63,360 nt of DNA from Clostridia bacterium (GTDB lineage: Bacteria > Bacillota > Clostridia > UMGS1883), in contig JBJDXJ010000006.1 in NCBI GenBank assembly GCA_051866635.1, forward strand, positions 10,287-73,646, in the 5' to 3' direction. Under the pieces are notes generated by a model. It searched no databases. It was not told the DNA's origin and worked only from the letters and a program-made list of their open reading frames with translations. Every line of letters begins with the position of its first letter. Position 1 is the first letter of the stretch. The position numbers were made by a program, and so were the translations under genes. Positions 1 through 8,069 of this stretch are shown in pieces.

Positions 1-253
1 GAAAGTTAAGCTTTCTCTTGAAAGTCTTAATATATACGGAGTGGTATCGAAGTGGGGACGTTTGCGAGTGCGTCCTGCGGACGATGAAGCGAGCAATAAG
101 GAGTTGCAGCGGTCAAAACTTTGCACGAAGTGCGAAAAGTTTTGGGCACCGCAATAGGACATAACGGACTGTCCGTTATGAGAAAAAATCTGAATAGTGA
201 AAGTTAAGCTTTCTCTTGAAAGTCTTAATATATACGGAGTGGTATCGAAGTGG
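1..253 (+). repeat. Direct repeat of at least 55 bp (1-55 and 199-253) covering the tRNA-Ser leader and its first 18 nt
   Basis: GAAAGTTAAGCTTTCTCTTGAAAGTCTTAATATATACGGAGTGGTATCGAAGTGG is identical at both sites, period 198 bp; the first copy is cut by the window edge. Confidence 0.95.
38..181 (+). pseudogene. Interrupted tRNA-Ser 5' fragment with a 103-nt structured insert in the D-loop
   Basis: 38-55 equals tRNA nt 1-18; insert 56-158; 160-169 CATAACGGAC resumes the tRNA sequence; 171-181 is its inverted copy. Confidence 0.75.
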
Positions 254-324
254 TCATAACGGACATGACTCGAAATCATGATGCCCCCTGAGGGACGTGG
301 GTTCGAATCCCACCCACTCCGCCA
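236..324 (+). tRNA. tRNA-Ser(CGA)
   Basis: Acceptor stem GGAGTGG/CCACTCC, anticodon arm CATGA-CTCGAAA-TCATG, long variable arm, GTTCGAATC T-loop, G discriminator plus CCA. Confidence 0.97.
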
Positions 325-376
325 AAAAGAGCTGTGAAAAACGATTTTTTGATCGTCTTGTTCACAGCTCTTTTTT
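324..376. terminator. Bidirectional intrinsic terminator
   Basis: 15-bp arms AAAAAGAGCTGTGAA / TTCACAGCTCTTTTT between the convergent tRNA and TM2 gene. Confidence 0.85.
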
Positions 377-413
377 CAATCAGCAAAAACCTTTAATATA
401 TTGTGTAAGCAAT

Positions 414-599
414 TTACGGATAATAGGGATTAGGCTTGAAAAGCAGAATAATCAAGTCAATTAAAACCCCTATACCAAAAAGTCCACCCGTACACAGATA
501 AACTACACCCAACAGAATTCTTCCTTCATAAAACTTGTGGATACCAATATATCCAAAAAACAGACATAGGAAAAACGAAATCCATTTAGATTTTGCCAT
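414..599 (-). CDS. TM2 domain protein
   Basis: KSKWISFFLCLFFGYIGIHKFYEG...YLCTGGLFGIG..IDLI pattern; GGGAGG RBS. Confidence 0.9.
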   Translation of the reverse strand: MAKSKWISFFLCLFFGYIGIHKFYEGRILLGVVYLCTGGLFGIGVLIDLIILLFKPNPYYP

Positions 600-667
600 G
601 ATTATTCCTCCCCGAAAAATTTAATTTATATGATTATCTTCATCATACCGCTTGAACACGTATATGC

Positions 668-717
668 AAAAAATACAGACCATAAAGATGCCATGACACC
701 TTTTTAGTCTGTATTTT
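668..717 (-). terminator. Probable terminator after the PspC gene
   Basis: AAAATACAGAC/GTCTGTATTTT arms followed by a T run on the minus strand. Confidence 0.55.
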
Positions 718-725
718 CTTCTCAC

Positions 726-923
726 TTATGAACCGTAATATGTACTTTGGGGAATAATGATTGCGGCTATAATATAAGCTATAATACCGCTACCACCCAA
801 TGCACAAAACGCAATCCAACCTAAGCGAACAATAGTCGGATCGATATTAAAAAATTCTCCGATTCCGCCACAGACACCTGCTAATATTCTGTTAGTGTTT
901 GATTTATAAAGCCTTTTATCCAT
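726..923 (-). CDS. pspC: PspC domain protein
   Basis: KRLYKSNTNRILAGVCGGIGEFFNIDPTIVRL; ATG at 923 follows AAGGAGG. Confidence 0.9.
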   Translation of the reverse strand: MDKRLYKSNTNRILAGVCGGIGEFFNIDPTIVRLGWIAFCALGGSGIIAYIIAAIIIPQSTYYGS

Positions 924-997
924 AGTCAAAATCCTCCTTGTGTTACTTCATTTTATAAATCCCAATTTATCATTTTTGGCAATTTTTAAATCTGTCT

Positions 998-1522
998 TTA
1001 AAATTTGAGCCTGTAATATAAACCCTCCGTTACTGTACCGTCACCGCATTTATACGGTGCCTTTCTTTCCAAACGAAATCCAAGCTTTTGCAATACGCGG
1101 CCTGATGCCTTGTTTTTTGCCGCATGAGCTGCAATACATTCTTTAATCTTCAACTCTTCCTCGGCATACATCATTACTCTGCTCATCGCCTCGGTCATAT
1201 AACCCATTCCCCAAAAGCGTTTTCCGAGATTATAGGATATATCCCAGTTATTTTCTTCTTCGTTAAAGAAAATAAGACATGTGCCGATTACGTCTTCCGT
1301 ATCCTTTAAAACAATAATCCATCGGTGCCACTTTTCATTTTCAAGATTATTCATTTCAAAATCAATGAATTCCCTTGCCTTATTTATGTCATTGCTTGCT
1401 TTCCAGAGCATATATCGTGATACATCTTCATCTTGCATCCAACACCTAAAAACATCATCTGCATCATCAGAATTAACGTGTCGCAGTATAAGTCTGTCTG
1501 TTTCCAACCACACAAATTCCAC
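998..1522 (-). CDS. GNAT acetyltransferase, RimJ/RimL type
   Basis: LETDRLILR; FWGMGYMTEA; NKASGRVLQKLGF. Confidence 0.9.
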   Translation of the reverse strand: MEFVWLETDRLILRHVNSDDADDVFRCWMQDEDVSRYMLWKASNDINKAREFIDFEMNNLENEKWHRWIIVLKDTEDVIGTCLIFFNEEENNWDISYNLGKRFWGMGYMTEAMSRVMMYAEEELKIKECIAAHAAKNKASGRVLQKLGFRLERKAPYKCGDGTVTEGLYYRLKF

Positions 1523-1621
1523 CTCTGTAAAACATATATTTATGCATTTATCCCATTGCGGCAGTACAACCGATAATTTTAATCATTTGTAACACCGCCT
1601 CTAGTTGTAATAAAGAGGAAT

Positions 1622-2026
1622 TTATGTCCATAAGGATGTTATAAACATCGGTGATGCATCCTTACTTTTTACAAATCCGCAATTTTCATAAAAATGCATT
1701 TCATTATCGTATGCAATAACCGCTATACGCATAAAGTCCTTATACTTTTGCTTAACCATATTTACAAGGGTCCTGCCAATTGTTTTTCCATGATAATCTG
1801 GATCCACAAGAAGATAATGAACATAAGCATTCATTATTCCGTCATCCATTGCACATACCATACCGACAAGCTTATTCCCATCCCAAGCAGAATAAACTGT
1901 ATCAAAATTTTTCATTGCAACTACAAGTTTATCCGGGAAATGACCAGATGACCACTCAACCGAAAGAAATAGCCGTTCAAGTTCATCACAGCCAAAATCA
2001 TGGATATCTTTATACTCAATATTCAT
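1622..2026 (-). CDS. GNAT acetyltransferase
   Basis: LLVDPDYHGKTIGRTL; FYENCGF. Confidence 0.9.
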   Translation of the reverse strand: MNIEYKDIHDFGCDELERLFLSVEWSSGHFPDKLVVAMKNFDTVYSAWDGNKLVGMVCAMDDGIMNAYVHYLLVDPDYHGKTIGRTLVNMVKQKYKDFMRIAVIAYDNEMHFYENCGFVKSKDASPMFITSLWT

Positions 2027-2075
2027 TATATTTTACCTCTGTAAATGCCAATTTATCCGGTTCTGAAGCTTGAAC

Positions 2076-2522
2076 TTATCTAACCAATACATATTCCTGA
2101 ACCGGATTGCCAAATTCTTCTGTCAGCCTTCCTTCAACAAAACCCATCTGCTTATAGAATGCTCTTGCAGCTGTTCCTTCCGGTACTCCTTCGCAATATG
2201 TTGTGACAACAACATCCTTTTTAGAATCCAGAAATGTCAGCATATATGACAACATTTTTGCTGCAATATATTTTCTACGATATTCGTTATCTACAGCTAA
2301 AAAACAGATCATATTATTGTCTCTTGAAAACAACAACACGCCGACGACCTTATCATTTATTTTTGCACATATTGCGGAGTCTCTTCTTATAAAATTTATA
2401 ACCGTATCCCTATGTTCATCCAAAGCTTCTTTCGTTTCAAGTCCGGGAAAGCTTTCTTTTACTTTGTTTACAAGTTCCATCCAACTATCAATATCACTTT
2501 CATGTCCAAGTATAATTTTCAT
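2076..2522 (-). CDS. GNAT acetyltransferase
   Basis: LAVDNEYRRKYIA; ARAFYKQMGF; start moved to the ATG at 2522, downstream of a GGAG RBS. Confidence 0.85.
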   Translation of the reverse strand: MKIILGHESDIDSWMELVNKVKESFPGLETKEALDEHRDTVINFIRRDSAICAKINDKVVGVLLFSRDNNMICFLAVDNEYRRKYIAAKMLSYMLTFLDSKKDVVVTTYCEGVPEGTAARAFYKQMGFVEGRLTEEFGNPVQEYVLVR

Positions 2523-2661
2523 TCCGTTCATCTCCAAATTCCACTTTGTCATTTTGGACAATTTTTTATATCTGCCTTACTTAAACCGTTTTTCTTGCCC
2601 TCTGTCGTAAAGCTAAGATTACATATTAATCACTCAGTTTAATAAACCTACATTTAACAAA

Positions 2662-3303
2662 CTATAAAACCCATGTAATTAAATCCCAAGCCGAATGAAG
2701 AATTGCCCCTGTCCATATTGACCTATTTTTCCTGAATACCCACCCAAATATTAATCCCAGTGCGTATACAGAGATACTTGTTATAATAATAGTTGTTAAT
2801 TCATATCCTGCAAAAATCCATCCCGGATAGTGTATTAACACAAAAAGTGCAGAGGAAATCAAATTTGCCTTGCGTTCACTTACAAAGGTCGATATCGAGT
2901 TTAAAAACCATCCTCTGAACACGCTTTCCTCAAAAATACCAACCGTCATTGCCGTAACAACAAGATCGTACAATTTCATTTTTGTTCCGTATCCGCTGCT
3001 GTAAATGAAAAATCCCACTATATTGTAAACCAATGTAAATACCAAAAGCGGCAGCAATACTTTGAGTTTAGGTTTTGTTGTAATCATTTCTTTCAGTGAT
3101 ATGTTCAAATAATCGCTGTATCGTTTAATTAAAATAAATGCAAACAAAGGCCACCACACAACATGAATTAAAAAGCTTATAACCCATGCCAAAAACTCAT
3201 TCATCCCCGATAAATCCAAACATACAACTCGTAGTGTCCATCCCGCCAAAAATATAAGATAAGATATTACTACTGTTCGTATTCTTAAATGTTTTGTTTC
3301 CAT
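2662..3303 (-). CDS. CPBP (CAAX protease/Abi) intramembrane metalloprotease
   Basis: EESVFRG, FVLIH and HSAWD motifs; multiple TM segments. Confidence 0.9.
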   Translation of the reverse strand: METKHLRIRTVVISYLIFLAGWTLRVVCLDLSGMNEFLAWVISFLIHVVWWPLFAFILIKRYSDYLNISLKEMITTKPKLKVLLPLLVFTLVYNIVGFFIYSSGYGTKMKLYDLVVTAMTVGIFEESVFRGWFLNSISTFVSERKANLISSALFVLIHYPGWIFAGYELTTIIITSISVYALGLIFGWVFRKNRSIWTGAILHSAWDLITWVL

Positions 3304-3331
3304 AAGAATCCTCCGTAAATTCCGATTTGTT

Positions 3332-4045
3332 TTACTGTTTTTTATAATTGATATTTGCCGACCTTGCTTGTTTGCATAAATCTTTTGTCTGTAACTTATA
3401 TTGTTTGCCGTCTTTTATGAAATGAGTTCCGCACTGTCTAAATTCAAAGTCAACATTTTTTCTGATACATTGATTGCGGATATCTAAAACCCAATCATAG
3501 TCAAGCACTCGAGCATCTATGTCTGACTCTCCGCCGACAACTACTAATTCTATATCATCAAGATATTGTTCAATGTTTATTTTTTCAAGCAATGGTTGTG
3601 CGGTGATACATTTGTGGTTAATTGGCAGCTTTTCAAAAACAGACAGCTTTTTATCTGCATTTTTCTGATTTTCGATAGTGCAGCACACAACCACATTTTT
3701 ATATCCGTCACCCCAATCATCCGGAATACATTCTGAAAATCTTTCTATTCGCTTTGTGAGAAAAAGAAATGTGCAATCAGACCGTTCTTTTATCATAGAC
3801 CAGCATTCTTCACGCCATTCGTCAGCTTCTTCAATCAAAAAATCTGTGGAGAAACAAGTATAAACAATTCCTGCTTTCATTTTATAGTTGCCGTTTTTAA
3901 GTCGTTCGATAGGCTTTTCAAAATCCTTTGTTTTTACAATGTTATCCGTAACAATACCACGCTTTGCATCGCCTTTATGGATATAGCAATACAGACACCC
4001 ATCGCTGCATTTTTTACACCCTCTCCACGGATTCCACATAGACAT
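3332..4045 (-). CDS. DUF5131 (Gp37Gp68-like) Fe-S protein
   Basis: WNPWRGCKKCSDGCLYCY, FLTKR, VVGGES; real start at 4045 after AGGAGGTG. Confidence 0.85.
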   Translation of the reverse strand: MSMWNPWRGCKKCSDGCLYCYIHKGDAKRGIVTDNIVKTKDFEKPIERLKNGNYKMKAGIVYTCFSTDFLIEEADEWREECWSMIKERSDCTFLFLTKRIERFSECIPDDWGDGYKNVVVCCTIENQKNADKKLSVFEKLPINHKCITAQPLLEKINIEQYLDDIELVVVGGESDIDARVLDYDWVLDIRNQCIRKNVDFEFRQCGTHFIKDGKQYKLQTKDLCKQARSANINYKKQ

Positions 4046-4131
4046 AATCAAACACCTCCTCAAATTCCGAGTTGTGCTTATTATTTCAGTCCGCCTAACT
4101 GTTTTCTGTCTTTGAATAAACCGGAATTTGT

Positions 4132-4374
4132 TTACTTGTTTTTGAATTTGCTGATAATCCATTTAATTAGCAAAATTCCACCTGTGATGGTAGCAACCTT
4201 TATCAAAGAAACTACAATCGTTGTTGCGATAAGAGGAAGAACTTGTTCCTTTGGCATTGTGGTATAAATGGTCATAATATCTTTTTCAATCCACATATAC
4301 ACGATATATGCAATCGCTATAATTCCAACAATAATTCTCCATGGTTCTTTTTTTCTTTTTTCATTGTTATCCAT
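4132..4374 (-). CDS. Small two-TM membrane protein
   Basis: Two hydrophobic stretches; AAGGAG RBS. Confidence 0.75.
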   Translation of the reverse strand: MDNNEKRKKEPWRIIVGIIAIAYIVYMWIEKDIMTIYTTMPKEQVLPLIATTIVVSLIKVATITGGILLIKWIISKFKNK

Positions 4375-4405
4375 ACGAATGTCTCCTTTGCCAAATTCCG
4401 ATTTG

Positions 4406-4549
4406 TCATTCTAAATTTTTTAACAAGATAATCTCTAAAGGCTCACGAGGCAGCAATAAAGAGCCGCAATCTACATATCCGATTTTTCTGTAAAAGAATT
4501 GTGCTTGCTCGTTGGATTGGGTGGAAGTCAAAACTATTTTATACTTGCT
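4406..4549 (-). pseudogene. C-terminal remnant of a GNAT acetyltransferase (not in the ORF track)
   Basis: Hand translation SKYKIVLTSTQSNEQAQFFYRKIGYVDCGSLLLPREPLEIILLKNLE*; no plausible start, 5' part replaced by the neighbouring gene. Confidence 0.8.
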
Positions 4550-4551
4550 TT

Positions 4552-4881
4552 TTATTCTGATAATTTCCTCTTACAAAAGCTCTTTTCTTTGCAATTGGGA
4601 CATTTTAAATATCTTCTTGTAATCGTATGCGCTCCCCAAACATATGCCCCAAGTGTAGGTTTGAATCTTTGTCCGCATTTTTTACATTCATAATATCCTG
4701 CACTGTAATCAATAAGTACCGCCGCTATAAGTGCAATGATAAATGTTATACTGCTCAATACAACAAGCAAAATTGACCAGTCAATCGGCAAAAATTCAAA
4801 CACTGAAGCACTTATCATAATCAAAATAAGAGATATAAGAAGTATACATACCGATAAGAGAATTCTCGTTAAATTTTTCAT
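4552..4881 (-). CDS. Membrane protein with C-terminal zinc ribbon
   Basis: Two TM segments, then YECKKCG...LKCPNC; start 4881 chosen from RBS (track start 4902). Confidence 0.75.
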   Translation of the reverse strand: MKNLTRILLSVCILLISLILIMISASVFEFLPIDWSILLVVLSSITFIIALIAAVLIDYSAGYYECKKCGQRFKPTLGAYVWGAHTITRRYLKCPNCKEKSFCKRKLSE

Positions 4882-4882
4882 T

Positions 4883-5713
4883 TTACTCAAGCTCCTTTTC
4901 ATTGTCTTTTGCCTTAAATGTGATGCTTAGTTCTCCTATGCCTCCGTCGATTTCGATAAAGTTTTTGCCTGCACCGTAAACCGAGTCATCACTCATTTTC
5001 TTACCTTCAAGCCATGCCTCTCCGATGCCTTTGTCAAGTTCTATCTTATAATCATCTTCTTCACCGATAAGTACAAGATTTGTTTCTCCGACTCCGTAAT
5101 CAATACTGCTTTTGCCGGAAAGCTCGCTTATTAAATTAAGCTCACCTACACCCATATCAATGTCTGCATTGCTAAGGTATCCGCCTTTAATTGTTACACT
5201 GCCGGCACCGCCGCCAATTTCAGCATTATATAGAGCATCAAGCCTTTGTGCAGTAAGTTCACCTGCTCCAAGATCAATATTAAGCATATTTGATAAAAGC
5301 TCATCTATTGTAACACTTCCTGCTCCGGCTCTTATATCCACATAGTCAAAAATTTTGTCTTTAGGTACTGTGACAATCACTTTCATACCTCTCGGATGTG
5401 AGGCAAATAGCGTTCTTGTTTCACTTATTTTAAGAATATCATCTTTTTCTTCACATTTTAAATATTTGTGATTTGTTTCCACATCAAATTTATAACCTGT
5501 TTTTATTTCAAGTTCTGCCGCACTTAAATTTATGCTGATACTTGTGAAATCAGTTCCAATAGTATGATTTATCGCTATTTCATCATCTGTATTTGGGCTA
5601 AAGAGATTTGCAACTGTAAACAATGCACCACATATACCTGATATAATACTGATACTCAAAAATATCGCAAATGCCAGTGCAAGATATTTGATTATTTTCT
5701 GAAAGGTTGTCAT
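4883..5713 (-). CDS. DUF4097 beta-strand repeat protein (LiaG/adhesin-like)
   Basis: N-terminal TM; repeated IxxGxGxL/V units. Confidence 0.8.
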   Translation of the reverse strand: MTTFQKIIKYLALAFAIFLSISIISGICGALFTVANLFSPNTDDEIAINHTIGTDFTSISINLSAAELEIKTGYKFDVETNHKYLKCEEKDDILKISETRTLFASHPRGMKVIVTVPKDKIFDYVDIRAGAGSVTIDELLSNMLNIDLGAGELTAQRLDALYNAEIGGGAGSVTIKGGYLSNADIDMGVGELNLISELSGKSSIDYGVGETNLVLIGEEDDYKIELDKGIGEAWLEGKKMSDDSVYGAGKNFIEIDGGIGELSITFKAKDNEKELE

Positions 5714-6381
5714 TTTATATCAACTCCTCCGAAAACGCAAGTGCCGTTCAAATAAATTGTTGGTTGATTGTCTTTTGAAGTTCTGTGATTCTTATTATCA
5801 ATACCACCGAAGATAGAATTGGAATTAACCTTTACATTTACATTGTCGGGAAGAAAAATATCTGCACCGCCAAAAATACAACAAGCATTTATAACGGTAT
5901 CACCTTCAAATATGGCATTTCTTAAGTCAAGTTTTATCCCTCCGAAAATTGCAGTAAGCTCTGTTCCGCAAAACACTTCATTGTCATAAATAATGTCATG
6001 TCCCGAAAAAGCCGCAAAAGCCGTTTTCATATTACTGTGAGTTACATCTATACATTTAACTTTGTTTTTTTCCATGCCGCCAAAAATCATTTTAATTCCG
6101 ATTACGGCGATTATTACAGGCATTGTAAGCTTCCACACAATATCAAAATCAAGAATATTCTGACAGGCGAGAAGTAAGAACGTTCCTATTAAAAGGCCGA
6201 TAATATTTGCGGTTTTGTCATGACCGTTAAACAGTCCGATGAAGCTCGGAACGATAATAAACAGTGTCCACCAGCCGTCAAAGAATATCTCTATGCTTGT
6301 TATTTCAAATGCGTTTAAAATCAGTACAGCACTTACCGCAAGCAGAGCCAACCCCCATAAAATACTGTTAATTCTTTTCAT
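5710..6381 (-). CDS. LiaF-like cell-envelope stress membrane protein
   Basis: Four N-terminal TMs; AIFGGIKLDLRNA, IFGGADI, VFGGVDIK repeats; ATG at 6381. Confidence 0.8.
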   Translation of the reverse strand: MKRINSILWGLALLAVSAVLILNAFEITSIEIFFDGWWTLFIIVPSFIGLFNGHDKTANIIGLLIGTFLLLACQNILDFDIVWKLTMPVIIAVIGIKMIFGGMEKNKVKCIDVTHSNMKTAFAAFSGHDIIYDNEVFCGTELTAIFGGIKLDLRNAIFEGDTVINACCIFGGADIFLPDNVNVKVNSNSIFGGIDNKNHRTSKDNQPTIYLNGTCVFGGVDIK

Positions 6382-6505
6382 ATCTTTTCTCCTCCTCAAA
6401 TTCTTTTAAAGCGGCTTTTACAGCCAATTTTATAACAAAGTAAGCCACAACGGAAATTGCTCCGATAATAGCTCCATACATAATAATTATCGCAAGTGAA
6501 CCCAT
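6368..6505 (-). CDS. 45-aa single-TM protein (not in the ORF track)
   Basis: MGSLAIIIMYGAIIGAISVVAYFVIKLAVKAALKEFEEEKRYEKN*; GGGGGG RBS; overlaps the next start codon. Confidence 0.7.
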   Translation of the reverse strand: MGSLAIIIMYGAIIGAISVVAYFVIKLAVKAALKEFEEEKRYEKN

Positions 6506-6523
6506 AATAATGTCCCCCCAACT

Positions 6524-7210
6524 TTATTTAACATTTCCATTTACAATTTGAGCATAAACCTCTTCCGGTATCATTGGCGTATTCAGCTTTTTCATTGTAT
6601 CAGCTTCTATTTTTCCATCCCCTGCATATTCACGCCCTGCCTGACGCATCACATCAAGAAACGGCTTGGTAACCTCAGCTGCCTCGGGCACATTGAACAT
6701 AGGACTTTCCGGTACTGTTATGATTGTGTTGTCATGAGGAAACATCAGCTCAAACTGCTTGATCATACCCTCAAAATTATTTTTGCTGTTTGGAAATCCG
6801 CATCCGCAAATCATCACGTAACGCAGATGAGAAAAATCAGCCTGTGCAACATGTTCGTAACGCTCTCCTACCTTTTGCATTGCCATACTGCCAAGAGGAA
6901 GTGTACGGTCCATAAGTGCTTTTAGCGGTGCAGGCATACCATAGCCGTATAGAGGAAAACTGAAAATCAGTACATCACTTTGCAAAATTTCATTTAAAAT
7001 GTCGTGCATATCATCACTATGAATACACTTTCCGCCGTTTTTCATACACTCAAAGCAACCTGTGCAATATTCTATCTTTTTATCAATCACATCAATTATA
7101 CGCACCTCATTTTTGCAGGTATCGTCCATTCCATTTAAAAAAGATCTTGTCATATGCATGGTATCGCTTTTATTTCGTTTTGGGCTACCGTTTAACACCA
7201 ATATTTTCAT
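6524..7210 (-). CDS. Flavodoxin family / iron-sulfur flavoprotein-like FMN reductase
   Basis: ILVLNGSPKR; CTGCFEC..NGGKC; FPLYGYGMPAPLKALMDR. Confidence 0.85.
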   Translation of the reverse strand: MKILVLNGSPKRNKSDTMHMTRSFLNGMDDTCKNEVRIIDVIDKKIEYCTGCFECMKNGGKCIHSDDMHDILNEILQSDVLIFSFPLYGYGMPAPLKALMDRTLPLGSMAMQKVGERYEHVAQADFSHLRYVMICGCGFPNSKNNFEGMIKQFELMFPHDNTIITVPESPMFNVPEAAEVTKPFLDVMRQAGREYAGDGKIEADTMKKLNTPMIPEEVYAQIVNGNVK

Positions 7211-7319
7211 AGTAACGTTTCACTCCTTCTTTGTTTCTGTACCTACATTTTACGACATTTTTCGTAAAACATATAGGCAAATTTTTCAGATAAATGTGTC
7301 AGAATTATAGGTTGTAATT

Positions 7320-8069
7320 TTACTTCTCTCCGCCTAAAAATTCTCGTCTGAATTGGGATGGGGTAATTCCTTCTGACTTTTTGAACACCTTTGTAAATAC
7401 TCTGTATTCGCTATATCCTGTATGCTCTGCTATTTCGGTTACAGAAAGTGAAGTGGAAAGGAGTAGCTTTTTTGCCTTTTCTATGCGGATATTCGTAAGA
7501 TAAGCTAAAAATCCTACTCCGATTTCGTTTTTGAAAAGCTGACTGATATACTGTGGATTTAAGTGAAATTCATCCGATAAAACAGAAAGGCTTATTTCCT
7601 CGGACAAATGCTCCTGCATATATCTCGTTATGGATGAAATAACTCTTTCGTCACTTTTATCCAATTCTGAATTCTCTCTTGTCTTGCTCTCGTACATAGA
7701 TATTTTTAAGTTATCAATCGAACTGCCAAATTCTTCATAGTTTACAGGTTTCAAAATATAATCTGTAATCTGAAGCTTAAGTGCTTTTTTACAATATGAA
7801 AAGTCATCATATCCCGATACAATTATATAAGCAATTTTAGGATGTTTTGTGCGGCTTAATTCAATAACCTTTAATCCGTTCATAATCGGAATATTTATGT
7901 CCATGATAACAATATCAGGAATGAGTAAATCAATTTGTCCCAACGCTTCCATACCGTCTGATGCTTCGCCCACTACCTCACAACCGTGTGCCTCCCAGTC
8001 AAACAGGCGTTTAAAGCCCTCTCTTATCATTATTTCGTCATCAACGAGCAGTACCTTGAGTTTTCTCAT
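7320..8069 (-). CDS. YesN-type response regulator (receiver + AraC HTH)
   Basis: LLVDDE, MDINIP, YILKP; C-terminal FTKVFKKSEGITPSQFR. Confidence 0.92.
   Translation of the reverse strand: MRKLKVLLVDDEIMIREGFKRLFDWEAHGCEVVGEASDGMEALGQIDLLIPDIVIMDINIPIMNGLKVIELSRTKHPKIAYIIVSGYDDFSYCKKALKLQITDYILKPVNYEEFGSSIDNLKISMYESKTRENSELDKSDERVISSITRYMQEHLSEEISLSVLSDEFHLNPQYISQLFKNEIGVGFLAYLTNIRIEKAKKLLLSTSLSVTEIAEHTGYSEYRVFTKVFKKSEGITPSQFRREFLGGEK

Larger units (their letters stand above)
955..4406. repeat. Dispersed 16-bp imperfect palindrome (consensus NNAAATTCCRATTTRT) at gene boundaries
   Basis: Copies at 955-970, 2041-2056, 2534-2549, 3315-3330, 4060-4075, 4391-4406; inverted copies at 1610-1625 and 4116-4131; weaker matches at 986-1001, 1512-1527, 2064-2079, 2642-2657. 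Confidence 0.8.

Noticed and set aside
4046-4162. N-terminal extensions in the track (DUF5131; also 2561, 6399, 24708, 41790, 49514, 53331, 57157)
   Set aside because: Downstream ATGs have proper RBSs, and the extensions overlap neighbouring genes or intergenic motifs
955-4406. Classical integron attC sites or a dif site
   Set aside because: No consistent RYYYAAC/GTTRRRY boxes, no IntI gene, and the sites are shorter than the 28-bp dif; kept only as an analogous motif
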